Positions 60,181 to 64,000 of a DNA stretch of 64,000 bases are shown here, piece after piece; positions within the stretch are counted from its first letter, which is position 1; each line of letters starts with the position of its first letter. Below the pieces are notes generated by a model. That model saw nothing but the letters and a program-made list of their open reading frames with translations, did no database searches and was not told where the DNA came from. Position numbers and translations under genes: made by a program. This DNA is from Octopus vulgaris (taxonomy: Eukaryota): NCBI GenBank assembly GCA_951406725.2, contig OX597819.1:10044001-10108000 (forward strand), in the 5' to 3' direction.

Positions 60181-60391
60181 ACTCTTTACTCTTTTACTTG
60201 TTTCAGTCATTTGACTGCGGCCATGCTGGAGCACCACCTTTAGTCGAACAACTCGACCCCGGGACTTATTCTTTGTAAGCCCAGTACTTATTCTATCGGT
60301 CTCTTTTTGCCAAACTGGTAAGTGACGGGGACGTAAACACACCAGCATCGGTTGTCAAGCAATGCTAGGGGGACAAACACAGACACACACA

Positions 60392-60439
<48 letters not shown>

Positions 60440-60605
60440 TACGACAGGCTTCTTTCAGTTTCTGTCTACCAAATCCACTCACAAGGCTTTGGTCGGCCCG
60501 AGGCTATAATAGAAGACACTTGCCCAAGGTGCCATGCAGTGGGACTGAACCTGGAACCATGTGCTTGGTAAGCAGGCTACTTACCACACAGCCACTCCTG
60601 CGCCT
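60181..60605 (-). mobile_element. SINE family B
   Basis: Full-length homology. Confidence 0.9.
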
Positions 60606-60807
60606 ATATATACTGCACTTTTTTCTTAAAAAGATGTCCTGAAGCATCAATGAAAACAAAATTCAGTTTCTCATAATATTGTCACAAACACTTCACAAAT
60701 ATATTTAAGTGCAGGTGTAGCTGTATGGTAAGAAGCTTGCCTCCCAACCACATGGTTCCCAGTTCAGTCCCACTGTATGACACCTTGGGCAAGAGTCTTC
60801 TACTATA

Positions 60808-61502
60808 CGAGGTCTGATCAATAAGTAGTTGTCATAGCAACAAAACTAAAGCACGCAGAGTGAAGCCATTTGGCACACTGACCAATTGTAGCGGGTATGA
60901 TTCTGGGCCACTACTTCTGGTCTGATCTGATCTGAGGGTGGCCCTTAAAAGGACGGTTATCGCAATTAGATCCGATCCAAGAATAGTCCTAAAAAGGACT
61001 GTGGTCGTAATCAGCAAAACTGGACAGACGAAAGCAGTAGTTGAAATGAAGAGCAGACAAGAGGATGTGCAGATTAGTTATGGTTCAGTTCAGTCTATTA
61101 TCACTGAAGTTTCGGGTATGAGACGCATATCTGCCAAGTTTGTACCAAAACTGCTTTCAGCTGACCAAAAGGACACTTGGGTTTCACTTGCACAAGGTCT
61201 CCTTGATTGTGTTAAGAATGATGAAAACTTTGCGTAGGCCTCTGGGTTGGTATTGCCAAGCTACTGGCAAAATTTGACACAGATTCTCTACTCAACTTTG
61301 TCTGTCATGGCCAATGCAATGATTACATGCTACACACCTTCCTTCCAAGCACTGCTGTAAACAGTGGCAGTAAGCCAGAACATTAAAAGTTAGTGTGTAC
61401 GTACAGTAGAGTTCAAGGTCAATTTGTGCCAAGTGGCTTCACTCTGCGTGCTTTAGCTTCATTACTATGGTAACAGTCCAGATACTTAGCAATCAGACCA
61501 CA
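60808..61502 (+). mobile_element. Mariner deletion derivative inserted at TA inside a family B SINE head (60708-60807)
   Basis: TA at 60806-60807 and 61503-61504; imperfect TIRs cgaggtctgatcaataagta / tacttagcaatcagaccaca; transposase remnant ISYGSVQSIITEVSGMRRISAKFVPKLLSADQK. Confidence 0.88.
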
Positions 61503-61870
61503 TAGCCTCAACTATATATATATATATATATATGATCTTTTCTGCCTTGCAAGTTGTTGGGCAACCTTACTAGTGTTAGTGGCACAAGAAAAGCACCCAG
61601 TACACTCTGTAAAGTGGTTAACATTAGGAAGGACATCTAGCTGTAGAAACCATGCAAAAGCTAACGTTGGAAGCTGATGCAGCCTTGTAGCTTCCTGAAT
61701 CCTACTAAACTGTCTAACCCAAGCCAGGATAGAAACAGAAATTTGAGGATGATAATGAGATAGTGTTTGTGTGTGTGTAGTGTGCATATGTATGTAGATA
61801 GAGAGACAGATAAAGAATGTATACATATTCCTTTGTTTCTTTCTCCATTTACCTACCTAGATTACACTCG

Positions 61871-62197
61871 TGGTTTCGATTCCCAGACCAAGCTTTGTGA
61901 GTGTTTATTGAGTGAAAACACCTAAAGCTCTATATGAGGTTCCGGCAGGGTGTAGTGGCAAACCCTGCTGTACTCTTTCACCACAACTTTCTCTCACTCT
62001 TTCTTCTTGTTTCTGTTGTACCTGTATTTCAAAGGGCCAGCCTTGTCACACTCTGTGTCACACTGAATCTCCCCGAGAACTACGATAAGGGTACACGTGC
62101 CTGTGGAGCACTCAGCCACTTGCACGTTAATAAATGAGCAAGCTGTTCCGTTGATCGGATCAACAGGAATCCTTGTTGTCATAACTGATGGAGTACC
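61871..62197 (+). mobile_element. SINE family A, 5'-truncated and diverged
   Basis: Homology to 26505-26891. Confidence 0.85.
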
Positions 62198-62535
62198 ATG
62201 ATCTATATTACACACATACATTCATACTTTTCCTGGTTTCACTGAAGGGCAGTCATCAAGGCCTCAAGTCAATAGCCTTCAGAAATATATATTTTCAATC
62301 TGGTGTTTATTTTATTGATTTATATCTATTAAACCACTGGTTTACATAATGGAATACAAAATAAACAACAGCTTTTTTAGATCAGTGTAAACATAAACAA
62401 ATACACAAATTTGGCAGGCTTCAGCACAGTTTTTTAGAACCAAATTTCATTCACAGAGCATTGCTCAAATTCAGGCCATACTGCAGAATTCTTGCACAAG
62501 ATGCAGTGCCGCACACACACACACACACATGTATG

Positions 62536-62566
<31 letters not shown>

Positions 62567-62741
62567 GTACATAAATACTAACACACACATACATAAAAAA
62601 AAGAGAGAAAATTAAATTAGGAATGAAAGGAGAATAATGAGAAAGAAAACCAAAACAGTTGCTAAGTACTTCACTATCAGTTAATAGATTATGTATCTGA
62701 TGAATGTACTGACTTATACACACATTCATGTGTTTATATCT

Positions 62742-63022
62742 GTTTCTTTATTGCCCACAAGGACCTAAACATAGAGGGGACAAACAAGGACAGACAAACG
62801 GATTAAGTCGATTAAATCGACCCCAGTGCGTAACTGGTACTAATAATTTATCGACCCCCAAAAGGATGAAAGGCAAAGTCGACCTCGGCGGAATTTGAAC
62901 TCAGAACGCAACGACAGACGCGTTCTGAGTTCAAATTCCGCCGAGGTCGACTTTGCCTTTCATCCTTTTGGGGGTCGATAAATTAAGTACCAGTTATGCA
63001 CTGGGGTCGATGTAATCAACTT
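62742..63022. mobile_element. Family D SINE folded back on itself
   Basis: Arms 62805-62909 and 62920-63022 with a 10-nt loop. Confidence 0.9.
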
Positions 63023-63177
63023 GGCAGACATGTGTCTCATACCCAAATCTTCAGTAATAATGGACTGAACTGAACCGTAACTAATCTGCACATCCTCTGA
63101 TTTGAAGGTCGGTGTGCCAAGTGGCTTCACTCTGGGTGCTTTAGTTTCGTTACTATGACAACAGTACTTATTGGTCA
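63023..63177 (-). mobile_element. Mariner remnant, same family as 60808, inverted
   Basis: EDVQISYGSVQSIITEDLGMRHMSAK plus TIR-proximal sequence. Confidence 0.8.
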
Positions 63178-63657
63178 TGTGTTTATATCTATCTATATAA
63201 ATGCACACGCACACATGCTTACATATTTGCATGAAGAAAAAAATGTATTGTGCATGTGCATATTAAATATTAAGTCTAATTGCACAGAAGGTTTAGTGAT
63301 GTCAAGAGAAAATGGAGGAAACTCTACTTGGCTGAATGGGAAGTTAGTGGGTGTTATTTGTTTGGTGGTGATAATGAAATCTAGTGTTGCAATAAATGCT
63401 TGTCAGAGTGTCAGCATTTTTGCAAAAATCTCAGATCTTGCATTTAAAAGGTTAGCGTAACTATGCCAGGTGTTCAAGAACGATGTTGTTTTCAGCTGTC
63501 CATAGATCTCAACTTCTATTTCATGTTTCCAAGTGGTCTCAGTCTCTTTATGATTTTTCAGTTGATATAGTCAAAGTTCCTTTCAATCAACAAATGTAAT
63601 AAATTTCTTTACTTACACTTCACTTTTGTGTCTATCTAAAATTGAGAATATGGTTAA

Positions 63658-63878
63658 CCCTTTCGTTACTGAATTTATTTTGAGATGCTCAGTGTTTCTT
63701 CCAATTATGTTAAATAAAACAAAGAATTAAGTAAAATAACATCGTTATCATTAAGCTAGAGTTAGGGACATAAATTGTGACTAAGGTTTGGTGGAAGGTT
63801 TTAATTTAGAACTTTTGAAAACCAGACATTTGTACTAAAGAGCCAGAGTCGGTTTCAGCTGGGTTGGTAACAAAAGGG
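63658..63878. mobile_element. piggyBac-type MITE
   Basis: TTAA flanks (63654-63657, 63879-63882); TIR ccctttcgttac/gtaacaaaaggg. Confidence 0.8.
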
Positions 63879-64000
63879 TTAAAGTACAACAGTCATACTT
63901 ATAAAGTGTATACTACTTAAAGGTTTGGTGGTGCTGACCTCTGCTTCATATATGACTGCCATGTAGTGAATGAATGAACTTATCTTTTTATTTCTGAATG

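Noticed and set aside
63617-63635. 19-nt microexon candidate (TTTTAG|...|GTAAGT)
   Set aside because: Not frame-preserving, sits beside a MITE, and the upstream phase is unknown; there is no independent support.

Overview
AT-rich, repeat-dense animal genomic DNA. The SINE and microsatellite content suggests a coleoid cephalopod, probably Octopus (inference). The window holds the 3' half of one minus-strand, intron-rich gene, a p190RhoGAP (ARHGAP35/ARHGAP5-family) homolog. I spliced 11 GT-AG exons by hand (54992 to the stop at 6567). They join in phase into 500 aa containing two p190-type tyrosine motifs, a polybasic segment and a complete RhoGAP domain; the N-terminal exons appear to lie beyond the window. 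Introns are filled with several SINE families, CR1/RTE/RLE-type LINE fragments, mariner and piggyBac-type MITEs and a non-autonomous Helitron. The most notable signal is a non-coding, highly structured repeat family with 353-360 nt monomers, present twice (1-530 and 24546-24956). Each copy is more than one monomer long, carries a Type I hammerhead ribozyme fold with a palindromic stem III, and ends at the same homologous point. This is a candidate retrozyme (circular-RNA retroelement) family. Also notable are near-perfect intronic palindromes (possible ADAR substrates), candidate cassette and poison exons, and an 87-bp target-site duplication. Almost all ORFs in the supplied track are spurious repeat translations. 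All coordinates and folds were read by eye.
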